Source: Lama glama (taxonomy: Eukaryota). Taken from it: a stretch of 64,000 nucleotides of DNA. A program made the position numbers and the translations under genes. The notes beneath the pieces are model-generated. The model saw only the letters and a list, made by a program, of their open reading frames with translations, was not told where the DNA came from and did not search any database. The stretch's first letter is position 1; every line of letters starts with the position of its first letter. Below, piece after piece: positions 51,966-64,000 of this stretch. The stretch is from positions 24,492,001 to 24,556,000 of the forward strand of contig CM052817.1 in assembly GCA_028534125.1 (NCBI GenBank), given 5' to 3'.

Positions 51966-52172
51966 TCTTTTTTTTTTATTGAAGTATAGTCAATTTACAA
52001 TGTTGTGTTAATTTCTGGTGTACAGCATAATGATTCATTTATACACATATATATATATTCCCTTTCATACTCTTTCATTATAGGCCATTACAAGATATTG
52101 AATATAGTTCCCTGTGCTATACAGTAGGACCTTGTTATTTATTTTATATATAGTAGTCAGTATCTGCAAATC
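51966..52172 (-). mobile_element. Short 5'-truncated LINE-1
   Basis: Poly-T then ttgaagtatagtcaatttacaatgttgtg. Confidence 0.88.
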
Positions 52173-53678
52173 CTTTCTTTGTCATGTCTTCCGTATCGAA
52201 TGTTTCCCTGTGTACCGTTCCATAAGATCCCCCTTTCTATAATAAGCTCCAGGTCTTTTCCTCCATCAGGAAAGCTCTCTTTTCTACCCTAGTCTTTTTC
52301 TGAATTCTACTCATTTTCAAGTCATAGCTTCCCCCAAATCTTCCCCAACTTGGGCCTCAAAATTAGTCTTCTGTCTAGAATGTGTTTAATTTAGTATGGA
52401 ATCATTTTCTGTTTTCTACAGGTACCTTCATCTTGACTCTGTCTGAAGCAAGCTCCTTTGCGTTGGGGACCATGCGGTATTTCCTTTAGTTTCCCAATAG
52501 CTAGCTGAGTGTTGGGTACCTGGTAGAGTCTGGACAAACAGAGGACTGGCTGACTGATGATTACTCTACACAGACAGGTCAGCCAGGTGCAGGTAGACCC
52601 CCGTTAGTAAACAACAGCTGCATTTTGGATGCCATATGAAAATGTTTTTCTTGTGGACTGAAGTATATGATGAATTGCTGTTCTGTATGTTCCTTCCTCT
52701 GTATGTAGTCTTTTCTTTCCCATTTGATTATGAGAAATAATTGCTTACACCCTCCAAATTCCCAAGACACAGAGGAACCTCAAAAGACTTGTAGCTGATA
52801 GACTAGTTATAATACAACCCCTGTTCATTGTACAACAAACTGCACTGCTTAGTGTTCCTCAAACACAACATGCACTTTTTTAAGACTTCCTCATTTTGCT
52901 CATGATGCTACTAGAAGAGATTTCCTCTTTTCTACCTGAGAAAATCTTGTCCATATTTCAAGTCCTAATTAAATTGTCATCTTCGCTGGTAAACTCTCCC
53001 TGCTCATTGGATACAATCAATCATCCCTCTCTCTCTCCTTCAGTAGCATTTTGCTTATCCCTCTATTCCAGAACTTGCTGTGCATCATTGAATCCCATTC
53101 TTAGCTGACTGCTGTCTGGCCCCAAGTTATTGTGAAGGCTGAGGGCAGGGCTGTACCTTGTGCATCTTTTATTTTGAAAGAAACCCTTTAGCAGCCGATA
53201 AATTTTCATGTGGCAAGCCCTTGTTGAGAACTGTATGTGAATGAAGTCATTCTAGTGGAGGGTGAAATTAAATTATATGTGAATGAGTAGATCGGAGATG
53301 CCACATATAGTTCTTACTGAGTGATCTTTAAATGGACTTTAGCATGAAAGGAAGGGAATAATTAAAGATGAATTATTCTAATTTAAAGAACTTTGTCCTC
53401 AAGATTACAAAGAAATTGAAAACTCTGAAGTTACCAATTTTGCAGTAACTTCATGTACTATGAATAGTTTTGTAATATATATGAACTATTTCTGAAAAGA
53501 AAATACTTTGTTAGAATAAAGCACAAGGAAGTACTTAAGTTTCTTCAACAAATGGGTGGTTATAACATTAACATCTAGTTTAAAGGCTACCTGAGAAATT
53601 TTAACAAGCAGAGTGGACAAAGAATAAAGACACTCAAAACATTATCATTCTCCAGAAAACAAAAGACACTAAAGTTTT

Positions 53679-53899
53679 TTTTTTAATTGAAATATGGTCA
53701 GTTACAGCATGTCAGTTTCTAGTATACAGCATAATGTCCCAGTCATGCATATACATACATATTAGCTTTCATATTCTTTTTCATTAAAAGTTACTATAAA
53801 GAATATAGTTCCCTGTGCTATACAGAAGAAATTTGTTTTTTAAATATTTTTATATATAGTGGTTATCATTTGCAAATCTCAGACTCTCAAATTTAGAGT
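53679..53899 (-). mobile_element. Short young LINE-1 3' end with TSD
   Basis: TSD ctaaagtttt at 53669-78 and 53900-09. Confidence 0.88.
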
Positions 53900-54000
53900 C
53901 TAAAGTTTTCATTCTCATGACTTACATGCTAGTTTTATCTAAGATTTTTCAAATTCTATCTTTTTAACCCCCCAAATTAAAAATTATTTTATGCAACTAG

Positions 54001-54570
54001 TTTTTTGTTAAAGTATAAATGACATACATCATCATTAGTTTCCTACATACAACATTCTATCGTTTTCTTTGGAAATATTCCCAGAAGTGGAATTGCTGGG
54101 TCATGTGGCTGTTCTATTTTTTATTTTTGGGGGAACTTTAGTCTCGTTCTCCATAGTAGCTGCACCAGTTTACACTCCCACTAACAGTGCATGAGGATTC
54201 TTTTTTCTACACATCCTCACCAACACTTGTAATTTCTTGTCATTTTGATAAAAGCCAGTCTGACAGGTGTGAGATGATAACTCATTGTGGTTTTGATTTG
54301 CATTTCCCTGATGACTAGTGATGTTGAACATCTTCTCATGTGCCTGTTGGCCATCTGTGTGTCTTCTTTGGAAAAATGTTGATTCAGAGCCTCTGCCCAT
54401 TTTTAATCAGATTGTTCGTTTGTTGTTGGGCTGTATGAGTTCTTTATGTATTTTGGATATTAACCCCTTATTGGATATATGATTTGCAAATATCCTCTCA
54501 CTTTTTCTTTCGTTGATGATTTCCTTTGCTGTGAAGAAGCTTTTTAGTTTGATGTAGTAACTAATTTGTT
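54001..54570 (-). mobile_element. LINE-1 ORF2 C-terminal fragment
   Basis: Antisense L1 text (ttgatttgcatttccctgatgactagtgatgttgaacatc). Confidence 0.9.
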
Positions 54571-54694
54571 TTTAGGCGTAGCTTTGTATTTACCAATTTA
54601 TTTGCACACTAGTGCTGCAAACTATATCTCAAACTATATATTTGAGACAATTTTTATTCCACCTGAAATGTCTCTTAGAATTTCCTTCTAAAGA

Positions 54695-56512
54695 AATAAG
54701 ACAGAATAGAGAGCCTAGAAATGAACCAACATTTATATGGGCAATTAATCTACAACGAAGGAAGGAAAAACATACAGGCAGGGAAAGGCAGCCTTTTCAA
54801 TAAATGGTGTTGGGAAAACCCTCTCACACTATGCACAAACATAAATTCAAATTAGATTGAAGACTCAAATGTAAGACCATAAAACATCTAGAAGAAAACA
54901 TAGACAGTAAGCTCTTTGACATAGGTCTTAATGTTTTTTGTATATGTTGCCTCAGACAAGTGAAACAAAAGCAAAAATAAACAAATGGGACTACTTCAAA
55001 CTAAAAATCTTTGCACAGCAAAGGAAACTTATCAAAATGAAAAGCTACCCACTGAATGGGAGAAGATATTTGCCAACAATGTATCTGATAATGGGATAAA
55101 AATCCAAAACATACAAAGAACTAGTACAACTTAACCTCAGGAAAAAAAAACCCAATTAAAAATGGGAAGAGGATCTGAATAGACATTTTTCCAAAGAAGA
55201 CATAAAGATGGCACATGGAAAAACAGGCACATGAAAAGATGTTCAACATCACTAATGATCAGGAAAATAAATGCAAATCAAAACCACAATGAGCTATTGC
55301 CTCAGACCTATCAGAAGGACTATAATCAAGACAACAAATCAAAAAGACAACAAATAACAAGTGTTGACAAGTACGTGAAGAAAAGGGAACCCTTGTGCAC
55401 TGTTGATGGGAATGTAAATTGGTGCAGCCATTATGGAAAACACTATAGAGTTTCCTCAAAAAATTAAATGGAACAACCTAATGATCCAGCAATCCCACTC
55501 CTGGGTATATATCCAAAGGAAATGAAAACACTAATTAGGAAAAGAAACATGCATCCCTATGCTTATTGCAGCATTATTTATAATAGCCAAGATATGGAAG
55601 CAATCCAACCACCTATCAACAGATAAATGGGTAATGATGTGGTGTGTGGTATATATGTAAATATACACACCCACACATACAATGAAATATTACTCAGCCA
55701 TGAAAAAGAATGAAATCTTGCCATTTGCAACAACATGGATGGACCTAGAGGCTATTATGCTAAGTGAAATAAGTCAGAGAGAAAAAGACAAATATTGCAT
55801 GACTCCACTTACATGTGGCATCTGAGAAACAAAACAAACAAAACAGAAACGAGATACAGATACAGAGCACATGTGGGTATTTGCCAAAGAGGAAGTGTGG
55901 GGTGGGGGGAGAAAAGAAACAGGTGAGGGAGATTAAGAGGTACAAAATTCCAGTTGCAAAATAAATGAGTCAAAGGTATGAAATGTACAGCGTGGGGAAT
56001 ATAGCCAGTAACTATGTAATATCTTTGTATGGTGACATGTCTTAACTAGACTCGTGATCATTTTGAAATGTATAGGAAAAAAATCACTACATTGTATAAC
56101 AGGAACGAACATAGTGTTGTAGGTCAATTATACTTCAAAAACAAATGAACAAACTTACAGAAAAAGAGATCAGATTTGTGGTTATCAGAGGCAGAAGGGG
56201 CTAGTGGATAATGACAGTCAAAATGTACAAACTTTCGGTTATAAGACAAATAAGTAGTAGGGATGTAATGTACAACATGATAAATATAATTAACACTTAT
56301 ATGTGAGATTTCAGAGAGTAAATCCTAAGAGTTCTCATCACACATACTTTTTTTTTCTATTTCTTTAATTTTGTTTCTATAGGAGATAGTGGATGTTCAT
56401 TAAACTTACCGTGATAATCATGATGTGCATAAGTCAAATCATTATGCTGTGCACCTTAAACCTGTTCAGAGCTGTATGGCAATTTTGTCTTAATAAAACT
56501 GGAAAAAATAAA
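54695..56512 (+). mobile_element. LINE-1 3' 1.8 kb, similar 3'UTR to 34558-36575
   Basis: ORF2 end peptide (ORF 55231-55467); ends ttaataaaactggaaaaaataaa. Confidence 0.92.
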
Positions 56513-56539
56513 GTAACTGACAGGTAAAAAGATGGGAAA

Positions 56540-57970
56540 CTCACTTTTTATTTTTCTAAAAATATCCTCCTTTGCCCTTTTTTGAAATGTAACTTTGTTG
56601 CTTACTTAATTCTAGGCTGACAGTTGATTTTTCTCTCAGCATGGTGAAGATAATCTTCTATAGTCTTTTGGCTTCTGTCGGTGGTACCATGTCAGTTGGA
56701 AATATTATGTTGTAGATTTTCTGTCCTTTTTTCTCTAGTTGTTTTTAAGATCCTTTCTTGTTTTTAGTGTTCTTCATTTTCACTCTGAACTGGAATTTCT
56801 ATATTTATATGGAATTCTTTATATTTATCATGCCTAGAATTTGTAGGCCTTCCTAAATCTGAGAACTGGAATCTTTCAATCAATCTGGGGAAATATTTAG
56901 CCATTATTTAATCAGGTACTGCCTCTTTCAGATCGCTCTCATCCATTCTTTTAGATTTTAGTATATTATCTATATCTACTAACCTCCCAGCTTTTTGTTT
57001 CTTTGTCTCTCTACTACATTCTGGGTAATTTATTCACATGTGTCTTTCTGTTCACTTAATCTTCAGGTATTCAGCTATTCCATTGAATTTTAATTTAAAT
57101 ATTTTTCATTTCTAGAGGTAGTACTGGGTTATTTTAAGCCTGCTTTATTGGGTTTTTTTTTTTTTTTTGGTTTCTTGTTTCCATTGTTTTATTCAGTACC
57201 TACTTTTATTTCTTTAAGTACTTGTATTCCAGGTAATTTGATAGTTCTGTGTGGATCTGATTTAGCTATTTTTTTTGTTTCAACGGGTTCACTCATGGTG
57301 CCTTATTTCCTCGTGTATTCATTGATTTGTGTGTGTGGTAGAGGGGTGCTTAATATTCTTTAGAACTTTTAATTCATTGGAATTTGTTGAGGCCTTCTTA
57401 GAAAGTATGTTTCTCAAGCACCAGGGGTCACTACCAAAACAGGACTGTTTTTAAATAAATTATAGGCTTGATTTGTCAGGCTTTAAATAAGATAAATTTG
57501 CATTGCTAACCTGCAAGAGGCCAAGCTTATGATTACACATGTCAAGGAGATGGTTTTTTCTTCCGCCTAATGCAAATGGTGTGGCAGCAAGTTTTCTTGC
57601 TGATCATTTACTTCTGATTCGCCCTCGCACTGAAGATCTAGCTCTTTGGGGTCATGGCCTTTGCAAGGATTTCCTGTTAGACTCATCACTTTGGGGTTCT
57701 ATGCTTTGTCTCCAATCTACCCTGCACTCACAGAAGACAAAATCAACACTAGAGGTCACAAGTCTTCAGTGGAAAATAACCAGAAGCTGGCCTCAGAGAT
57801 CCTTTATTTTTCAAAATTAGTGTTTCACTGTGCCTTGGACTTCTGTGCATTGCTTAGTGTTATTCAAACTGTGTGACACATTTTAAGAGGTACATTTTTA
57901 AATATTTCTATGATATGTTTGGGTGGTTTTTAGTGTGATATTTTTACACGCTTCTTTTCCTCCATGTTAC
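56540..57970 (-). mobile_element. Very old LINE-1 fragments
   Basis: T-rich antisense L1-like text; boundaries approximate. Confidence 0.55.
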
Positions 57971-58309
57971 CAAAAAACAAGCCCAGCATTATTATCTTTT
58001 TATAGTTGACTCTTTTTTCCTGAAACATACTGAGGTGTAGCAATAATACAGTGAGTGGATTTCTACTAGAGACTTTAAAGAATATTTGGATAAACTGGTG
58101 ATTATTTCTTAAGCTATATTTTAGCTATGATTTTCCCTAAAACTTGAATAATATCTAGAAAATTTAAACATTTTAATGAATACAGTGTAAGACAAGATCA
58201 TGATTGTTGTAGCTACTTTACTATTAATTTCTTAGAACTGAAAATTCTCATAAATGATAAACTATACTTTAATATGTCTTTGCCCCAAATTGTTTGATAG
58301 AATAATTGC

Positions 58310-58530
58310 AGCATTTATTGAGCATTTACTATATGCCAGGTGTTGTTTAAAGACCATTTTCTCATCATAACAACCTCAAAAGGTTGATCCTAGTAATTTT
58401 GATTCCACGTGACAAATGAAAAAAATAAATTTAAGATTTAGTAATTTGCCTGAGATCACACAGCTAGCAGGTGAAGGAGCTGGGATTCAGACATGGTGAG
58501 TTTGGTTCCAGAAGCACACTCAGTCCTTCC
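58310..58530 (-). mobile_element. MIR SINE
   Basis: atttattgagcatttactatatgccagg..taatttgcctgagatcacacagctag. Confidence 0.85.
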
Positions 58531-58634
58531 ACTCTCTTCTCTGTTTGATACCCATCAGTGTACTTAACAGAACAGATAACAAGCAAGATTGAGTAAGGTG
58601 TACTTTAAAACTTCATTTAAATAATGACACTGAA

Positions 58635-61600
58635 AAAATAATTGCAAAATATGGTGGGATTTTGATAGGGACTATGTTGGAACTGTAGATCAATTTGGAG
58701 AATCTCAAGCCTGTAGTTGGTGAGGATTGCTGTTCTAAAAATCTTGAGCCTTCCAGCCATGAAGATCTCTCTCTCTCAGCAAAGTCTTACAGTTTACAAT
58801 GTCTTAAATTGCTTTTGTTAAATTTATTTTTCAGTGTTTTATTATTTTAATGCTATTATAAATGCAGTTTTTCTACTTCATTTTTGAATTGTTTGTTGTG
58901 AATGTAAAGAAATACCATTGATTTGTATAGTTTATTCAGTGACCTTATTGAACTCATTTATTCCTTATTGTATTTTTTCCTCTGAATTTCTCAGGATTTT
59001 CTACATATAAGATCTTGTCATCTGAGAATAAAATTTGTTTCCTTTTCAATCTAGATGCTTTTTAATTTTTTCTTCACTGCACTGGCTACAACCTCCAGTA
59101 AAATGTTGAATAGACATGATAAGAAAGTGTTTCTGAACAAAAATATGAAAATGAATATATGTATGTATATGCATGACTAGGACATTGTGCTGTACACCAG
59201 AAATTGACACATTGTAATTGACTGTACTTCGGTTGGAAAAAAAAAAAGTGTTTCTGATCATAGGTGGAAAATATTCAGTCTTATGCCATGAATGATCACC
59301 ACAGCAAGTCTAGTTACAACATGTCACCACAAATATATTAGTTATTGACTATATTCCTCACATTGTACATTTCATGCCTGTGACTCATTCATTTTGCAGT
59401 TTGTATCTCTTAATCTCCCTCACCTATTTCTTTCTTTCCTTCATCCCCAAACCCCCTCTCCTCTGGTAATCACCTTTTTGTTCTCTGAATCTATAACTCA
59501 GTTTCTGTTTTGTTATGTTTGTTCATTTGTTTTTCAGATTCCACATACAGATGAAATCATACAGTATTTGTCTTTCTCTGACTTATTTCACTTAGCATAA
59601 TAGCCTCTGGGCCTGTCCATGGTTGTCACAAATAGCAAGATTTCATTCTTTAAGGCTGAGTAATAGTCCATTTAGGTTGCTTCCATATCTTGGCTATTGT
59701 AAATGATGCTGCAGTGTACATAGGGGTACACATGTATTTTCTAATAAGTGATTTCATGGTTTTTTTGCGTAAATTATCACATGGAATTCCCTTATCCCAT
59801 GGTAGTTCTTTTTTTTTTAAGGAATCTCCATAGTATTTTCCATAGCGACTGCACCAATTTACGTTCCCACCAGCAGTGCACAAATGTTCCCTTTTCTCCA
59901 CGTTCCTGCCAACAGTTACTTCTTGTCTTTTTGAGAGCCATTCTGACAGATGTGAAATGGTATTTCATTGTGGTTTTGATTTGCATTTCCCTGATTAGTG
60001 ATGTTGAACATCTTTTCATGTGTCTGTTGGCTATCTGTGTGTCTTCTTTCTTACATCTTTTTCTAATTTCTTAAGATAGAATCCTAAATTACCAATTTGA
60101 TACCTTTTATTTCTGCTGTAGGTGTTTAAAGATTTCTTTCTAACCACTGCTTTAGTTGCACTTCATAACTTTTCACATGAGTTTTCATTTCATTCAGTAC
60201 AAAGCATTATGTTTCCCTTTGCGCATTGTTCTTTTATGCATGAGTTATTTAGAAGCATGTTGTTCATTTTCCAGTTATCTAAGGATTTTCCCAAAATTCT
60301 TTGTTACTGATTTCTAATACAGTTCTATTATAGTTAGAGATCATACTTGTTATGATTTCAGTTATGTTAAGTTTGTAAGACTTGTTTATGGTCTAGTATA
60401 TGAGCTATCATTGGGTCATTAGACAAGATTGTGTGTTTTGCTGTCTTGGAGTGGATTTGTTGTAAGTGTCTGTTAGGTAAAGTTGTTTGTTAGTATTGTT
60501 CTATATCCTTGTTGGTTTTCTGTTTAGTTTTTTCATCAGTTATTGACAACAGACTATAGAAATTACCACCTATTGTTGGAATGTCTGTTTCTTCTTTACT
60601 TCTGTCAATTTTTGCTTTATGTATTTTGGGGCTCTGTTTATGAGTGTGTATACATTTGTAATTGTTATATCATGGCTCTTTTTTTTTCTAGTAATATTTT
60701 TTGTCTTAAAACCTATTCTGTCTGATATATTTAATCTGCTTTTGTTTACTTTTTGCATGTTATATTTTTCTATACATTTGCTTTCAACCCATTTGTATCT
60801 TTAAATCTAAAGTGTGTCACCTCTAGACAGAATATAATTGGGTATTGTTTGTTATCTAGTCTCAGTCTGTTCCTTTCCATTTGAGTGTTTATTCTATTCT
60901 TATTTAAAGTAACTGTTGATAGCTTGGATCTATTTCTGCTCTTTTGCTATTTGTTCTCTACATATCTTATGTCATTTTTCTTCATCTCTTCCCAGTTTAC
61001 CCTCTTCTTTGTTAAATATTTTAGTGTGTCCTTTTAATTCATTTGTTGTGTTGTTTTGTATATTACTTAGTTATTTTTTAGTGTTTTAGGGATTACTATA
61101 TATATCCTAATTTATTACATTTTACTTTACATGAATACTAACTTAATTCTGGTAAACTATGAATACATTGTACCATTATAGCTTCATTTTTTTTCCTTCC
61201 TCCTTTCTGTAATTTTTGCCATATGTGTCTGTGCATGCATGTGTGTGTTAAAACCCAACAGTGCAGTGCTGGAATTATTGCTGTATAACTGTCTTATGTT
61301 ATTTTCAAGAGTGTATAAAAGAATAAAGAAAAAAGATATTTTTATAGGATGTTTTATATATACTTACATGTTTACCTTTTCCAGTGCTCTTCATTCTTGT
61401 TGTGCATCTGCTACCGTCTGATGTCATTTTCTTTTTGCTACAAGTTTCTCTCAATCTTTTTAAATTCAGTGAAGTCCTTATTGTCACCTTCTCTTATTCC
61501 AGTATCACCTAGTTATTGTCACCTAGTTTTATTCCAATATAATTGAAAAAAAATTTGTTAAGATAGACAGCCTGCTGTTTTGATCTACATGTACATTGTG

Positions 61601-63530
61601 AAATAATTGCCACAGTCAAGCTAATTAACATATTTATCACCTCACATTGGTACTGTTTTTTTTCTTTTTTGAAAGATCTACCATCTTGGCAAATTTAAGT
61701 ATACAATACAGTATTATTAACTATGATCACATTGCTCTAATTATGTCTCCAGAACTTACTCATCTTGCATAACTGAAACTTTGTACTCTCTGACCAACAT
61801 CACATTTCCCCTACACCCAGCCCCTGGCAGCCACCATTCTACTGTTTCTATGAGTTTGACTGTTTGAGATTCTACACGTAAGTGAAGTCATACAGTGAAC
61901 GTCTTTCTGTGTCTGCTTATTTCACTTAGAATAACGTCTTTCAGAGCTTTTTTTTTTTTAATGTAGTTTTGTTGGCTATAGAATTCTTGATTGACATTTT
62001 TTTCGGTACTTGGACTATCTTTTCATTGCTTTCTGGCTTTCATTCCTTCTGATGAGAAGTCAGCCATTAATTATATTGCTGTTCCTTGTATGTGATGAGT
62101 CAATTTTCTGTTGCTGCTTTCACAATTTTCTCTTTATCCTTAGTTTCAGCTGTTTGTGTGTACAAATGTAGACCTCTTAGTTTTTATCCTGCTTGGGTTC
62201 TTTGAACTTCTTGAATATGCAGATTAATGCTTTTCTTTAAATTTAGCACATTTCGCAATTTTCTTCCATTTTTTTTTCCTTCCTTTCTTTCTCCTTTCCT
62301 CCTGGGATTCTCTTGACATATGTTGCACTACACTTGATACTATCCCACAGGTTTCTGGAGCCTTGCTCATTTTTCTTTCTTCTTTAAAGTCTGTTTACCT
62401 TAAGTTCTTTGAATATATTTATAATAGCTGTTTTGAAGTCTTGGTCAGCTAAATCCAACATATAAAACCACTCAGGGACAGTTTCTATTGACTGACTGCT
62501 TATTTCTCCTGATTATGTCACATTTGCTTTGTAATTTCCTCATTTTCTGTTGAAAACTGGGCATTTTTGATAATACAGTATAACAAATCTAGATTCTAAT
62601 TTTCACCCTCTGAGTGCTGTATATTAATTTATTTGTGGTTTTGATTTGTTTAGTTTATTTACTTGGACTAAAGCTGTGGAATCTGTCAGCCACAGTGTGG
62701 GCTGCTGAGGTCTCTGCCCAGTTATTTGATGTTGATGATGATAATGAAGTAGCAGCGGCCTGGCTTCTTAGTGGTCCTCACTTGTCTGCATGGCTTAATG
62801 TTCTTTGGTGATTTGTAGAATTTCTTCTCAAATATCTCTATAAAGGAGTAAGGCTTCCACTCTCTGCCAGTGGATCTGTGTGGGTTGGGAACACATGCAA
62901 AATGCTAGTGTTTTAGTCTATCCCAGATTTTACTGCCACAGACCTTCCCATGTTTCCACTGTCCACGTACATGGCTCAAAGATAGCCAGGAGCATGTGAC
63001 TAGCTTTCAGTCTATCCTGTGTTTGTAGGTAGACTTCCTATCAGCCAGGAATTTGCAGAGAGCTGATTAAGGTTCTCCATGGCCATTTATTTCCTTGATC
63101 TCCTTGTTAAATGTGGGTAAAGCCACAGGCTGGGCTAGCTGAGCCACTGGGCTCCCCCCTTTGTCTAGTTCTGACACCACTACTGCTACTGACAATACTG
63201 ACAGACACAGAGTTTTCCCATGCTCAGCTCCAAATCAAGTGAGTCCTGTCTGGCAGTGAAGTTACTGATGTTCACAGCCTGACCTCTCTGACTCTAGGAA
63301 GGGGAGTAGTTAAGGGGGGATGGGAGAAATCCCAGGCAAGAATCTCATGGACTTTCACTAGTCTTACCCAAAGTTCAGTTGTTTTTCATTAATAATCACC
63401 TCCCAATTTATTTTATACCTTTGGTCTTTGGTAGATTTACATTAAAATGCTTATTTTGACAATTTTATCCAGTTTTGCTATTGATTTTGGGGAAGAATAT
63501 TTGCTAAATCAGCTCCTCACTGTGCCATAC
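58635..63530 (-). mobile_element. Old LINE-1 composite with nested younger L1 3' ends (about 59290-60050 and 61530-61945)
   Basis: Endonuclease-region peptide (ORF 60570-60758) and ORF2-end peptide (ORF 59792-60019). Confidence 0.85.
59137..59244 (+). mobile_element. Very short young LINE-1 3' end
   Basis: Perfect 13-bp TSD aaagtgtttctga (59124-36, 59245-57) and poly-A. Confidence 0.92.
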
Positions 63531-63689
63531 CGTATCAAATATTTTGTGACATCACCCCAGATTCACACATCAGCATTAGTGCTGTCAACATAGTCAACTA
63601 TTACTTAAAAATGACTTTGGATTTACCTTTATGAAGACACATTAATTCTTTGGTTGGGTTTAATTTTATTATAATAGCATCTATTTGCT

Positions 63690-63990
63690 CATTAATTTAT
63701 TGAGTACTGACTATGTGCTGGTGTCTGATCTAATTTCTGTGATATAAAGATGTATGAGAAATCCCTGCCTTCCATGAATTCTTAAATCTAATGGAGGAGA
63801 TAAACTAAAAATAATGGTAACAAAGTACAATACTTGATGTTATATAAGGGTGAGCAGAGTGCTATGGAGTGACCTGGAGAGGGCATGCCTGTCTCTGACT
63901 AGTAAGAGTTCACAAACTGTGCTGCCTTTGCCTGGGATTCAGGAGGGTTGGAGTCTGCCAAGCAATGGAGGTGCAATATTTAGGGAATTC
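63690..63990 (-). mobile_element. LINE-2 3' fragment
   Basis: atttattgagtactgactatgtgc..ccctgccttccatgaa. Confidence 0.75.
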
Positions 63991-64000
63991 TGAGCATGTA

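Noticed and set aside
51479..51982. 167-aa ORF
   Set aside because: Starts at GTG and runs through a mosaic of repeat-like fragments; no protein-like signal.
1..64000. CRISPR arrays, rRNA, tRNA, prokaryotic operons
   Set aside because: None seen; the repeat content shows the sequence is mammalian.

Overview
Mammalian genomic DNA, probably camelid (inferred from my recollection of young L1 3'-end sequences, not from a search). It is AT-rich and CpG-poor, with a 500-N assembly gap at 13978-14477. I find no intact protein-coding gene, RNA gene or CRISPR array. A large share of the window is interspersed repeats: L1, L2, MIR, MaLR/ERV LTRs, and a full-length Tigger1 carrying three nested insertions. 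The main signal lies in the non-repeat sequence: two decayed multi-exon genes arranged head-to-head. Gene A is on the minus strand, about 20754 to 1396, with 11 candidate exons, a TATA box, a signal-peptide-like start and a hydrophobic C-terminus. Gene B is on the plus strand, from at least 29755 to 50042 with 10 candidate exons, possibly starting near 22076. Their reconstructed peptides share motifs (GVPENV..LYPDE vs GIPENL..LYPLE; HCC..QLSP..W; NSLKAL vs DSLKSL), suggesting an ancient paralogous pair of secreted or surface proteins, both now pseudogenised. I do not recognise the family. Exon models were read by eye and need database confirmation.
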